DNA of 63,963 nucleotides, the filler included. It is 7 parts of 7 records of this genome, joined end to end, with 100 filler letters (N's around TTAATTAATTAA, not from the genome) between each part and the next. Parts side by side here need not be neighbours in the genome. Positions count along the whole stretch, not along the records: positions 18,794 to 29,634 come from DRR723986_18861; positions 29,735 to 37,555 come from DRR723986_18862; 5 more parts are not named here. One strand, written 5' to 3'. Positions within the stretch are counted from its first letter, which is position 1. Each line of letters opens with the position of its first letter. The translations under genes and the position numbers were made by a program. The notes under the pieces are model-generated. The model did no database searches. It was not told the origin of the DNA and saw nothing but the letters and a program-made list of their open reading frames with translations. Of this stretch, positions 20,360 to 30,100 are shown piece by piece.

Positions 20360-20413
20360 CCTTTTCGAAGACCAATGCTTTCAAACTGTTAGATCAATAA
20401 AAGGAGAGACGTA

Positions 20414-20893
20414 ATGTCTTTCAAATCCACCCTGTTCACCGCTGTTGCAACCCTTGGCCTGGCGACGTCTGCGTTTGCTGCGGATGTTATGGTCAAAGAT
20501 GCCTATGCCCGTTCAGCTGGCAAAACTGCCAAAACCGGCGCGGCGTTTATGATGATCATGAACCATGGTTCCGAAAATGATCGCTTGATCGATGTGACAT
20601 CCGATGTGGCCAAGCGCGTTGAATTGCACACACATAAGGAAAATGGCGATGGCGTGATGCAGATGCTTCACGTCGAAGAGGGTTTTGCCATTCCCGCCGG
20701 TGAAATGCATCCGCTTAAGCGGGGCGGGGATCACGTGATGTTCATGGGGCTGAATCAGCCGTTTGAACAGGGCGATATGATCCCGGTAACGTTGGTCTTT
20801 GAAAAGGCTGGTGAAGTGACAGTTGAGATCCCTGTGGACCTGGAACGCAAGCCTGCTGAAGGCGGCATGAGCCACGGCACGCATAAAAACTAA
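20414..20893 (+). CDS. Periplasmic copper chaperone PCu(A)C
   Basis: Signal peptide, GAAFM, ELHTH-x-M-x-M, GGDHVMFMGL, His-containing tail. Confidence 0.93.
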   Translation: MSFKSTLFTAVATLGLATSAFAADVMVKDAYARSAGKTAKTGAAFMMIMNHGSENDRLIDVTSDVAKRVELHTHKENGDGVMQMLHVEEGFAIPAGEMHPLKRGGDHVMFMGLNQPFEQGDMIPVTLVFEKAGEVTVEIPVDLERKPAEGGMSHGTHKN

Positions 20894-20902
20894 GGGGGTC
20901 GC

Positions 20903-20968
20903 GCCCGGCCTCTGGCCACCTGCGGCAGCCCTCGTTCGGGCGAAGGCCGGGCTTGATCGCCCGGCCTT
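20903..20968. repeat. Intergenic three-arm inverted repeat (REP-like / terminator)
   Basis: GCCCGGCCT (20903), AAGGCCGGGC (20943), GCCCGGCCTT (20959) between convergent genes. Confidence 0.55.
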
Positions 20969-20974
20969 GTTGCG

Positions 20975-21670
20975 TCAAGGGGCGCGCAAAAGGCGTTCTA
21001 CCCAAGCGGGGACGATGTCGCTGGCCGGACCAAAGTGGGTTTCGTCAAAGTTTGAGACCACGGCAGATGGCTCCAGATTCAGTTCGACGGTTTTGGCACC
21101 AGCCGCGATGGCCTCGTGCACAAAGGCGGCAGCGGGATAGACCTGCCCAGAGGTGCCGATGGCGGCAAACAGGGATGCCTGTGAGAGATGATCATAAATC
21201 TCATCCATGCCATAGGGCATTTCGCCAAACCAGACGATATCCGGGCGCGCAGTTGGGGACTGACAGGTGGGGCAGCGTTCACCGACTTGCATTTCCAGAG
21301 GTGCAGGCCAGCGGTGGTCGCAGTTGCTACAGAGCGCCCCTGACAGAATGCCGTGCATGTGCAGGACAGCCAGGCTGCCTGCTGCTTCGTGCAGGCCATC
21401 CACATTCTGTGTGATAACAATCACTTCGCCCGGAAAGATACGTTGCAGTCGAGTCAATGCCTGATGTGCAGCGTTGGGCGTGGCTTGGGCCGCTTGGGCG
21501 CGCCGGGCGTTGTAAAATCCCTGAACCAAGGCCGGATCACGGGCGAAGCCTTCGGGGGTTGCGACATCTTCGATCCGGTGCTGGGACCACAGCCCGCCCT
21601 CATCCCGGAAGGTGCCCAGCCCGCTTTCGGCAGAGATTCCGGCCCCGGTTAAAATCACGATCTTTTCCAT
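20975..21670 (-). CDS. cobB: NAD-dependent deacylase (sirtuin)
   Basis: GAGISAESGLGTFR, TQNVDGLH, HMHG, two CxxC, RPDIVWFGE, GTSG. Confidence 0.95.
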   Translation of the reverse strand: MEKIVILTGAGISAESGLGTFRDEGGLWSQHRIEDVATPEGFARDPALVQGFYNARRAQAAQATPNAAHQALTRLQRIFPGEVIVITQNVDGLHEAAGSLAVLHMHGILSGALCSNCDHRWPAPLEMQVGERCPTCQSPTARPDIVWFGEMPYGMDEIYDHLSQASLFAAIGTSGQVYPAAAFVHEAIAAGAKTVELNLEPSAVVSNFDETHFGPASDIVPAWVERLLRAP

Positions 21671-21711
21671 TCCCGTCCTCATCGTTTACATGGCTGCCAA
21701 AGGAGAAACCT

Positions 21712-22158
21712 ATGTCCACCGTGCCCCGAATTCTATTTGTTTGTCTTGGAAATATTTGTCGCTCGCCAACGGCAGAGGGTGTATTCCGTGCGCTTATGCC
21801 AGAGTCGACGGTCGATAGTGCAGGCACCGGGAGGTGGCATGTTGGCGAGGCACCCTATAGCCCCATGCAACGGGCAGCGCAGGTGCGAGGCTATGACTTG
21901 AGTAAGCTAAGAGCGCGCCAATTTGTTCTAGCGGATTTTGACCGTTTTGATCTGATCATCGGGATGGATGCTGAGAACGTTGCCAATATCGAGGCGATGC
22001 GTCCTGCGGGCAATCAGACACCGGTTCATTTGTTCACGGATTACGTGCTAAGCGCAGAGGTGAATCACGTGCCCGACCCGTACTATACCCGCGATTTTGA
22101 TGGGACCTTGAATTTGATTGAACAGGCGGCAGAGGGGTTGAAAACGCAGCTGACTTAA
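21712..22158 (+). CDS. Low molecular weight protein-tyrosine phosphatase
   Basis: VCLGNICRSP P-loop, DSAGT, DPYY; RBS AAGGAG. Confidence 0.95.
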   Translation: MSTVPRILFVCLGNICRSPTAEGVFRALMPESTVDSAGTGRWHVGEAPYSPMQRAAQVRGYDLSKLRARQFVLADFDRFDLIIGMDAENVANIEAMRPAGNQTPVHLFTDYVLSAEVNHVPDPYYTRDFDGTLNLIEQAAEGLKTQLT

Positions 22159-22311
22159 GAAATTCGAAATCTACTGAATTCTGTTGATGAAACTCTGACG
22201 CGGGCACTTGCCTGAAAGGGGGCGGGCTGGCTGATACATCAGACAGCCACAGGGAACCCCATTCGAATGATCTTGCCCATTTTTCAGTCCGTCGCGGGCA
22301 CAGGCCTAGTG

Positions 22312-23277
22312 TCAGGCATCGATGACGCGCAATTGGCCGGACAGCCAGGGCAGCTGGGTCAGGGCCGGATCGATCATTTGCCGCTGAACCAGTTGGCGCA
22401 TGGTTTGCGCCACGTCGCGCGGCACGCGGTCCGCCCAATCCGCACCCGCAAACAGCGAAATGGTGCGCGAGAACGACGCGATGGGCAGCGGAAAGGCGTC
22501 GATCTGATCGTGGAACCGCGCCGCGCGCATGTAGCCCAGTGGCGTGGTGATCGACCAGCCCACACGCCGAGCCACCATGGCAACCAGCGCCAGATGCGAG
22601 CCGATTTCAAAGCGCTCCTCAAACTCCAGCTTTTGGCGCGCCAAGTGACCTTCGATCTGGCGGCTGATCAGCTGCTCGCGCGCATAGCGCAACAGGGGCA
22701 GGTTTTGCAGGGTCGCCATTACATCCGCACCATCAGGCACAAAGCCCTTGGGCGTGACGAGCATAAAGGGATCACGCACCAGCGGGTATTCAATCACGCC
22801 TTCGAGCATTTCACCGGTGCTGGCGGCAACCGCGATATGCAGCCGCTGTGCTTGCATCGCTTCGCTGATTTCATGGCTGGGCGCTGTGATCAGTTTGAAC
22901 CGGCATTTGGTCAGGCTATCGGCAAGCACGGTCACCAATCGGGGGGTCAGGTCGTTGTCGAAATCATCGATGAGGCCAATCGACAGGGTGCTGAGGTGGG
23001 TCAGGTCCATCACCGTCAGTTCGCTTTGTGCCAGTCGCAATTCGCTGAGTACGGTTTCCGTGCGCGCCAAAAACGAGCGCCCCGCCGGGGTGACCCGCAT
23101 CGGGCGTTTGCCGTGATCGACCAAATCGGTCCCCAGAGCCTTTTCGAGATTACGCAACTGTTGGCTGACAGCAGGTTGGCTGAGGCCCGTCAGGTCCGAC
23201 GCCTGCGCCACAGACCCCGTTTTTGCCAAGGCTTCGAACACCTCCAACCCGCGCAGGGTTACACCCTTCATCAACAT
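22312..23277 (-). CDS. LysR family transcriptional regulator
   Basis: N-terminal HTH (GSVAQAS...LSQPAVSQQLRNLE), substrate-binding domain. Confidence 0.93.
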   Translation of the reverse strand: MLMKGVTLRGLEVFEALAKTGSVAQASDLTGLSQPAVSQQLRNLEKALGTDLVDHGKRPMRVTPAGRSFLARTETVLSELRLAQSELTVMDLTHLSTLSIGLIDDFDNDLTPRLVTVLADSLTKCRFKLITAPSHEISEAMQAQRLHIAVAASTGEMLEGVIEYPLVRDPFMLVTPKGFVPDGADVMATLQNLPLLRYAREQLISRQIEGHLARQKLEFEERFEIGSHLALVAMVARRVGWSITTPLGYMRAARFHDQIDAFPLPIASFSRTISLFAGADWADRVPRDVAQTMRQLVQRQMIDPALTQLPWLSGQLRVIDA

Positions 23278-23356
23278 GTTGATCCCCTCCGTAGTTTTGC
23301 CTTTTGTGAAACTCCTCTTCCCTCAGGTCAAGCTCTGAACAGACTGGATATCGCCT

Positions 23357-24661
23357 ATGCCCGTTGAATTTTTGAAATCCGCCCCTGGATTGCCACCCCA
23401 ATCCGGAGGCGACACATCCGACATTGTCCAAGTCATGTTGGCCCGCATGAAAGAGGGCGGAGAGGACGCCGTGCGTGAATATACCGCCAAGCTGGACGGT
23501 TGGGAGGGGGATATCGTGGTGACCCCGGATCAGGTCGAGAAAGCATCGCGTCGGGTGCCTGATGCGCTGAAGGCCGAGATCCAATATGCCCATGACAACA
23601 TCCGTCGGTTTGCAGATGCGCAGCGGCTGTCAGCACAGGATTTTGAAATCGAGCTGCGCCCGGGATTGATCGCGGGGCAACGACAGATTCCACTGAGCGC
23701 CGCTGGGGCCTATGTGCCCGGAGGTCGGTATGCCCATATTGCGTCGGCGCTGATGACGATCACCACCGCACGCGCCGCGGGTGTGCCCAATATCACGGCC
23801 TGTTCGCCGCCACGCCCGGGGCAGGGGGTGCATGCCGCGATTCTGTACGCAATGTCGCTTGCCGGTGCGGATCGCATTCTTGCGCTTGGTGGGGTTCAAG
23901 GGGTCGCTGCCATGGCGCAGGGGCTTTTTGGGTGCGCGCCAGCTGACATTTTGGTCGGCCCGGGCAACCAGTTTGTGGCCGAAGCCAAGCGCCAGCTCTT
24001 TGGTCCGGTTGGGATCGATATGTTTGCGGGCCCCACGGATTCGATGGTGTTGGCGGATGCCACAGCCGATCCGTATACGGTGGCGTGGGATTTGGTTGGA
24101 CAGGCAGAACACGGGTATAACTCGCCGGTTTGGCTGGCGACGGACAGCCGGACGCTGGCGGATGCGGTTTTGGCTCATATCCCCGGATGTATCGCAGAAT
24201 TGCCAGAACCCAACCGATCGAGCGCGCAAGCAGCGTGGGATTCCCTGGGCGAAGTGATGCTGTGTTCGGATCGCGAAGAGGTTGCGCAGATGGCGGACAC
24301 ATATGCACCTGAGCATCTGCATGTGCAGGCGGCTGATTTGGAATGGTGGCGTCTGCGGTTGAATGCTTATGGATCGCTGTTTCTGGGGGAAAACACCACG
24401 GTTGCGTTTGGGGATAAAGCATCTGGGCCGAACCACGTTCTGCCGACGTCAGGTGCAGCGCGATACACGGGCGGTCTGTCTGTGCATAAGTTCCTGAAAA
24501 CGGTGACGTGGCAGCGTGTGAGCGAAGAAGCATTGCCAGATCTGGCTCGGTCGACCGCGGTGATATCTCGGGCCGAAGGGATGGAGGGTCACGCGCGCAC
24601 GGCAGACATTCGGCTGGACAAGTTGCAACCTGCGTTGAAATTGGCCGGTAGCGAGGCGTGA
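23357..24661 (+). CDS. Histidinol dehydrogenase family, HpsN-like (sulfopropanediol 3-dehydrogenase subfamily)
   Basis: YVPGGRYAHIASA, GPGNQFV, AGPTD, QAEHGYNSP, GDKASGPNHVLPT resemble HpsN rather than HisD (AGPSE, GDY). Confidence 0.8.
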   Translation: MPVEFLKSAPGLPPQSGGDTSDIVQVMLARMKEGGEDAVREYTAKLDGWEGDIVVTPDQVEKASRRVPDALKAEIQYAHDNIRRFADAQRLSAQDFEIELRPGLIAGQRQIPLSAAGAYVPGGRYAHIASALMTITTARAAGVPNITACSPPRPGQGVHAAILYAMSLAGADRILALGGVQGVAAMAQGLFGCAPADILVGPGNQFVAEAKRQLFGPVGIDMFAGPTDSMVLADATADPYTVAWDLVGQAEHGYNSPVWLATDSRTLADAVLAHIPGCIAELPEPNRSSAQAAWDSLGEVMLCSDREEVAQMADTYAPEHLHVQAADLEWWRLRLNAYGSLFLGENTTVAFGDKASGPNHVLPTSGAARYTGGLSVHKFLKTVTWQRVSEEALPDLARSTAVISRAEGMEGHARTADIRLDKLQPALKLAGSEA

Positions 24662-24796
24662 TTTATGGCGTGACGGATGTTTGATTTTCGTCGCGCTGCG
24701 TTCCGGCTTTGCCTAAAGGTGTCGTGTGAAAACTTACGTATAGGGCGTGGAAAAAAGCCAGTGGACCCGGCTTTTTCGCAAAGGTGAGGTGGCTTT

Positions 24797-25114
24797 TTAC
24801 CGGCAGGTCGCGTGAACCGTTTGCCCAAAGGCTTTGTACCGCAGCCAAAGCTTTTCATCGCTGCTGCGGTTTGACATGCGCATTTCTTGTGCTTGGTGGG
24901 GGTCAGCGAACCATTTCGCAACTGTCCGGCGTTCTGAGCGAGACAGGGATTTGTTGGCGACCTGTTGGATGCAGCCACAGAGTTCGCGCGAGGCGGCAGG
25001 CCGATCAGAGGCGCGGCAGGCGCGATTGATGGTGCCAGATGCGGCGTCTGCTGGGGCGGGGGCGAGCGCCACCAATGACCCAGCGCAGAGTGCGATTGTC
25101 AGAAAAAGCTTCAT
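24797..25114 (-). CDS. Small secreted Cys-containing hypothetical protein
   Basis: Signal peptide, C...CGC...C pattern, DPHQAQE. Confidence 0.75.
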   Translation of the reverse strand: MKLFLTIALCAGSLVALAPAPADAASGTINRACRASDRPAASRELCGCIQQVANKSLSRSERRTVAKWFADPHQAQEMRMSNRSSDEKLWLRYKAFGQTVHATCR

Positions 25115-25166
25115 GTTTTGCCTCGTTTTTTTCGGTCATACGGGGTCTGATGCCCCATTGGGACGC

Positions 25167-26210
25167 TCACGCACTATGGCGTAAGGGTATTGCTCGATCA
25201 ATCTTGGTTAATTCACACAGCAGTGCGCTGGCTTCTTGTCGCCGAAGTGTTGGGCGCGCCAAGCGGTGCTTGGGGTGGGGGCCAACGTTCAGGTCAGGGA
25301 AAAACAGGGCATCGGGATCATCCGCATGCGCATTGTCATCCAGAAATAGGGATTCAGATGTGACCCCGTTTGCTTTGATTATGTCATGGTTTTCCAACAG
25401 GATATGGAAATACTCAACTGATTTGGCCGGAACGATCCGCGCCAGCCCTGCATCAACCAGCGCAATGGCTGGGCTGAACACTTGGGTTGTGCCATACTGT
25501 AACTCAGCAGCAGAGTCGGAAATCAGCACGCGGTGCTGTTGAGACACCTGAACCGGAGAATCAGCGCCCAATATTCCGGGTGGTATTTCGACAGGGGCAA
25601 AGCGCCCCGCCGCTATTACAGATCGCGATCCGATCCATTTCACCGGCTGCGGGCCATGATCCAGCGTCCAGATCAGATCACCAACGTTGATCTTTTCGAT
25701 GCGCTGAATGTCGGTTGCGGTTTTGATCCAAGTGCCGCGCGTGTAACAGATCGGGGTGACGTAGTCGTCAGAGTGAAAGCTCGGCCCTTCCTGCGCATCG
25801 ACAACAGTCAGCGGCGTGCCAATCGGGGGGAAACTGCCCGGATCACCAACAAAGGCCAACCCTTCGATCGTGGCATACGAGGGGGAGGAATTGTTGACGT
25901 TGAACCCAACCATTTGCCAGAAATTGGTGCCGTCCGTGACGGTCAACCCATATTCTGCCTCGACCCGGGTGTTGTTGCCATAGGTCGTGCCGTCAATGTT
26001 CTGCGCACCGGCCAGGCGCTGGTTGCTATCGTTATCACTGAACGTGCGGTCATTGTCGCGGATTTCAACTTCGGTCCAGGCGTTGGAATTCAGCGTGAGA
26101 GTGTGGCCCACCAGATGTGAACCGTCCCCTTGCGTCACCCCGTCCAGCTGTTGCCCACCCGAGACAGAGATCTGGGATTCCCCCAGCATAAAAATCGAAA
26201 ACCGCGCCAT
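25167..26210 (-). CDS. Hint domain (Hint_2 / BIL-type) protein
   Basis: ICYTRGTWIKT, GDLIWTLDHGPQPVKWIG, VSQQHR, YFHILLENH...ANG...SESL. Confidence 0.88.
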   Translation of the reverse strand: MARFSIFMLGESQISVSGGQQLDGVTQGDGSHLVGHTLTLNSNAWTEVEIRDNDRTFSDNDSNQRLAGAQNIDGTTYGNNTRVEAEYGLTVTDGTNFWQMVGFNVNNSSPSYATIEGLAFVGDPGSFPPIGTPLTVVDAQEGPSFHSDDYVTPICYTRGTWIKTATDIQRIEKINVGDLIWTLDHGPQPVKWIGSRSVIAAGRFAPVEIPPGILGADSPVQVSQQHRVLISDSAAELQYGTTQVFSPAIALVDAGLARIVPAKSVEYFHILLENHDIIKANGVTSESLFLDDNAHADDPDALFFPDLNVGPHPKHRLARPTLRRQEASALLCELTKIDRAIPLRHSA

Positions 26211-26289
26211 GAACTGCCTATGCCTTGCCCGCGTCTTGCTGCGCGAGTCCCTTAAAGGACTCACATGCTACAGTCTAAATGGGGCAAGA

Positions 26290-26305
26290 TTAAGGAGCGG
26301 TTTAC
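26290..26305. promoter_or_regulatory. Possible CtrA-binding site upstream of Hint gene
   Basis: TTAA-N7-TTTAC, one mismatch to TTAA-N7-TTAAC. Confidence 0.3.
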
Positions 26306-26355
26306 CAATGCGCGAAGAGTCGCTTGGAACTGAGTGCGGCTCGAATTGTGGTCTC

Positions 26356-27884
26356 TTATAGAAGGGGGCTTAGCAGTTCAGCAATTTTCTGAAGACGCAT
26401 GATTAAGCCGGTTCCTTTGTTAAAAGCGGACCCATCGGCTGATTTTGTAGCGTTGGCAGCGCGTTCAATGAGGTTCATTTTCTGCGATCTGCCACCCGCC
26501 CGTTTCAGGGCATCCCTTTGAGCTTCAATGCCGGTGTCGGTTGCGAGAGTCGTGGCATCAAGGCCAAACTCTGTTCTCAATCGACCTTTGGTGTCAGGTT
26601 CCAACGCTCGAAACTCTGCGGCGATCTGTATCCGTTTTTCATCGTCTAGTTCCCGCAATCGCTGAGCCACGAAGGTATCGTGCTTTTGCCGGATCATTGG
26701 GTGATCCGCTCGCAATTGTATCTCGTGTTGACCCAATGCAGAGACTAAGGCGATCAATGCATCTTCGCGGTGATATTCTTGTGCCGCGAGTTTCCCTTCG
26801 ATAACTTCGCGGGCCAATCGTAGATGCATATGCACCGCATTTGGGTCATCCCGGCAATTGTTCCGCGTGTGATCAAGATATGCATAGGCAACGCACATCT
26901 CGTTAAAGCCACTGCTGTTGTGTCCGCGCAAGGCAAGAGAAAGAGAGAAGTCGAGTTGCGCAAAAATGCGATCGATCATTTCATCGGGTTCGATCACGGC
27001 AGAGTTGACAGTATATAGCGAGTCGTCTTCGCGGCTGAGTGTCTCTGCCTGTGGCAGCTTGGTGCTCAGAAATTCTGTTTGAATACGCTGTATTTCCTCG
27101 GCTACGGCCTGTGGCCCAGCGTCCCAAATCGCATTTTCTATCAATGCGACCTCCAATTGCAGATCCCAGTCCATCGGGGTTCCGTCCAGCATGCCCTGAT
27201 ACCAATCGCGCCAGAACTGCCAAGTGTTCTCGGGATCTGATCGTGCAGCAAATGCCTTCCACTGATCGATGAGTTGAGGAGCATGAAGCTGAGCGGGCCA
27301 TATTGCATGTTCAAAGAACTCGGCTACAGGAGTATGCTCTCTTGCAAGGCCGCAATCATGAATGGTGGCGGGGTCAAGGGTGTCAGGAAGGTGCAGGGAA
27401 TGGCAGCACTGTTGGCGCATCGGACGGATCTGGTAGCTATGTTGGCCGTTTCGATTCTTGAGTGGTAGATGACGGTTAGGGCTGCTGAATTGGCGGATAA
27501 GGCGGCGAAGTCAGCGGAAAGGTTTGTGAAGTCTACGGGGGAGAGAGTTGCGGAAGCGGCAAGTGAGGCGATGAGGTCAGCGTAAGATTTGTCCAAAGTT
27601 AATGGGGAGAGGTCGGAAGATCCCGTAGAGAGAGTAGGCGCCCATACTTGCAGATTTGGAGATGGGGGTGTGCTTGAAATTCCAGATAGAAGTGTTGCAC
27701 GCAGGGCAGAAATTAGAAACGCCTCACCATCAAATCGCTCGTTCCGCTGATCAATAGTAGCCATGATGGCGGGTAAAACACGTAGAGATGCACGTGCTGC
27801 AAACGCTGCGCAAACTTTGTGGTCTTGCGACGTTAACCACTCTTCGAACTGCTTAAAGTCCGTAATCTTACCTGAATCCACCAA
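26356..27884 (-). pseudogene. Frameshifted hypothetical gene (two overlapping ORFs 27324-27884 and 26356-27420)
   Basis: N-part (WL...FAARASLRVLP, Ala/Ser-rich) and C-part (WP...WQFWRDWYQGMLDG) join if one C is added near 27403. Confidence 0.65.
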
Positions 27885-27969
27885 ACCAAAGCACCCTTAA
27901 CTCAAATAACCGCCTAACAACGCATTGGCGCGCTTGACCGCACCAAGATTCCAACTCATATCCCATGCC

Positions 27970-29634
27970 ATGACAGATCTGGCCAAAATCCGCAATTTCT
28001 CCATCGTCGCGCATATCGACCATGGCAAATCCACCCTCGCTGACCGTCTCATCCAAGAGACGGGCACGGTTAAAGAACGTGACATGCAAGCCCAGCTATT
28101 GGACAGCATGGATATCGAGCGCGAGCGTGGCATCACCATCAAGGCCAACACGGTGCGCATCGACTACACGGCGGACGACGGGGACGACTATGTTCTGAAC
28201 CTGATCGACACCCCCGGTCACGTCGATTTCGCCTATGAGGTCTCTCGCTCTATGCGCGCGGTTGAGGGGTCGTTGCTGGTTGTTGACAGTTCGCAAGGGG
28301 TCGAGGCGCAGACGTTGGCCAACGTTTACCACGCCTTGGATGCGGATCATGAGATCGTGCCGATCCTGAACAAGATCGATTTGCCCGCCTCAGACTGTGA
28401 TCGCGTTGCGGAACAGATCGAAGATGTCATTGGTATTGATGCGACGGGCGCCATTCAGGTGTCGGCCAAAACCGGGCAGGGCATCCACGAAACGCTTGAG
28501 GCGATCGTTAAGGATCTGCCTGCGCCAACTGGCACCCGTGATGCACCGCTTAAGGCGATGCTGGTCGACAGTTGGTATGATGCCTATCTGGGCGTGATCG
28601 TTCTGGTGCGGATCATGGATGGCGTTCTGAAAAAGGGTGAGCGGATCAAGATGTTGTCGAACGGGTCGACGCATCATGTGGATCGTATCGGCGTGTTCCG
28701 CCCCCAGATGGAAGCCATCGACGAACTTGGCCCCGGCGAGATGGGGTTCCTGACCGCGTCGATCAAACAGGTGCGCGACACCCGCGTCGGTGATACGATC
28801 ACGCACGAGAAAAAAGGCACCGAAGACGCGCTGCCCGGCTTTAAGCCTGCGCAGCCTGTGGTGTTCTGTGGTTTGTTCCCGGTCGATAGCGCCGAATTCG
28901 AAGACCTGCGCGATGCCATTGACAAGCTGGCGTTGAATGATGCGTCGTTTAGTTTCGAGATGGAGACCTCGGCCGCGCTGGGCTTTGGGTTTCGCTGCGG
29001 GTTCTTGGGTCTGCTGCACCTCGAAGTGATCCGTGATCGGATCGAGCGCGAGTATGACATTGACCTGATCACCACCGCGCCCAGCGTGGTCTATCACATC
29101 TACATGCGCGACGGGACGCAGGTTGACCTGCACAACCCTGCTGACATGCCCGATCTGACCCATGTGGACCATCTGGAAGAGCCGCGCATCAAAGCGACCA
29201 TTCTGGTCCCGGATGAGTATCTGGGCGATGTGCTAAAGCTGTGTCAGGACCGTCGTGGTATCCAAGAGGATCTGACCTATGCCGGCTCCCGCGCAATGGC
29301 CGTCTATGACCTGCCGCTGAACGAAGTGGTTTTTGACTTTTACGACCGCCTGAAATCGGTGACCAAGGGTTATGCCTCGTTCGATTATCAGCTGACCGGC
29401 TATCGCGAGGATAACCTTGTGAAGATGTCGATCCTTGTGAACGACGAACCCGTCGATGCGCTGTCGATGATGGTGCACCGCGACCGCGCCGAGGCCCGTG
29501 GCCGTGCGATGGTGGAAAAGCTCAAGGATCTGATCCCGCGCCATATGTTCAAAATCCCGATCCAAGCGGCCATCGGCGGCAAGGTTATCGCGCGCGAGAC
29601 CCTATCGGCCATGCGCAAGGACGTGACCGCCAAA
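27970..29634 (+). CDS. lepA: Elongation factor 4 (3' truncated)
   Basis: [46 protein letters not shown]. Confidence 0.98.
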
Positions 29635-29734
29635 NNNNNNNNNNNNNNNNNNNNNNNNNNNNNNNNNNNNNNNNNNNNTTAATTAATTAANNNNNNNNNN
29701 NNNNNNNNNNNNNNNNNNNNNNNNNNNNNNNNNN
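29635..29734. other. Artificial contig spacer
   Basis: N-run with TTAATTAATTAA. Confidence 0.99.
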
Positions 29735-30042
29735 ACTTTCGGCGCGGAGCCTTTGAGTCTGATGTCGCAGTCCTTGGGGCTGGAGACGCAAAAAATGCGT
29801 GACTGTCTGGATGCCTGATGACTGAGAGATTCAAGGCTTTTCGTGTGGATGGGAGCTGGGAGGCTTGTGGTGGGGAGGATTAGAGGGTAAGCGGATGAAT
29901 CTCAAATCCAATCAGATTTTTTGTGACTGCCGGGATGCATAAAACCACACATGCACAAGGCTATTCGCGTAAACGCCGACTGTGAGGCGCTCAACGGGAA
30001 GCCTCAGTGGATAAACGGACGAATCTCTAATTCTTAAGTTTT

Positions 30043-30081
30043 CCCCACCAGCTGTTAGCCTATGGCTAACAGCTGGTGGGG
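30043..30081. repeat. Perfect hairpin, 18-bp arms
   Basis: CCCCACCAGCTGTTAGCC-TAT-GGCTAACAGCTGGTGGGG. Confidence 0.75.
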
Positions 30082-30100
30082 TTTCCCAAGTCTCAAAACC

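Noticed and set aside
22034..22438. Antisense ORF containing FEFLKSAA, resembling the HpsN-like N-terminus VEFLKSAP
   Set aside because: Short match, codons differ, overlaps the phosphatase 3' end; likely chance.
22267..23367. Long ORF antisense to LysR (similar shadows at 37779-39116, 42811-43785, 47352-48593, 61417-62388)
   Set aside because: Shadow ORFs opposite well-supported genes in GC-rich DNA, with no recognisable motifs.
29735..30040. Non-coding stretch with GCCGACTGT...GGGAAG resembling a cobalamin riboswitch
   Set aside because: Other core elements are missing and no suitable downstream gene exists.
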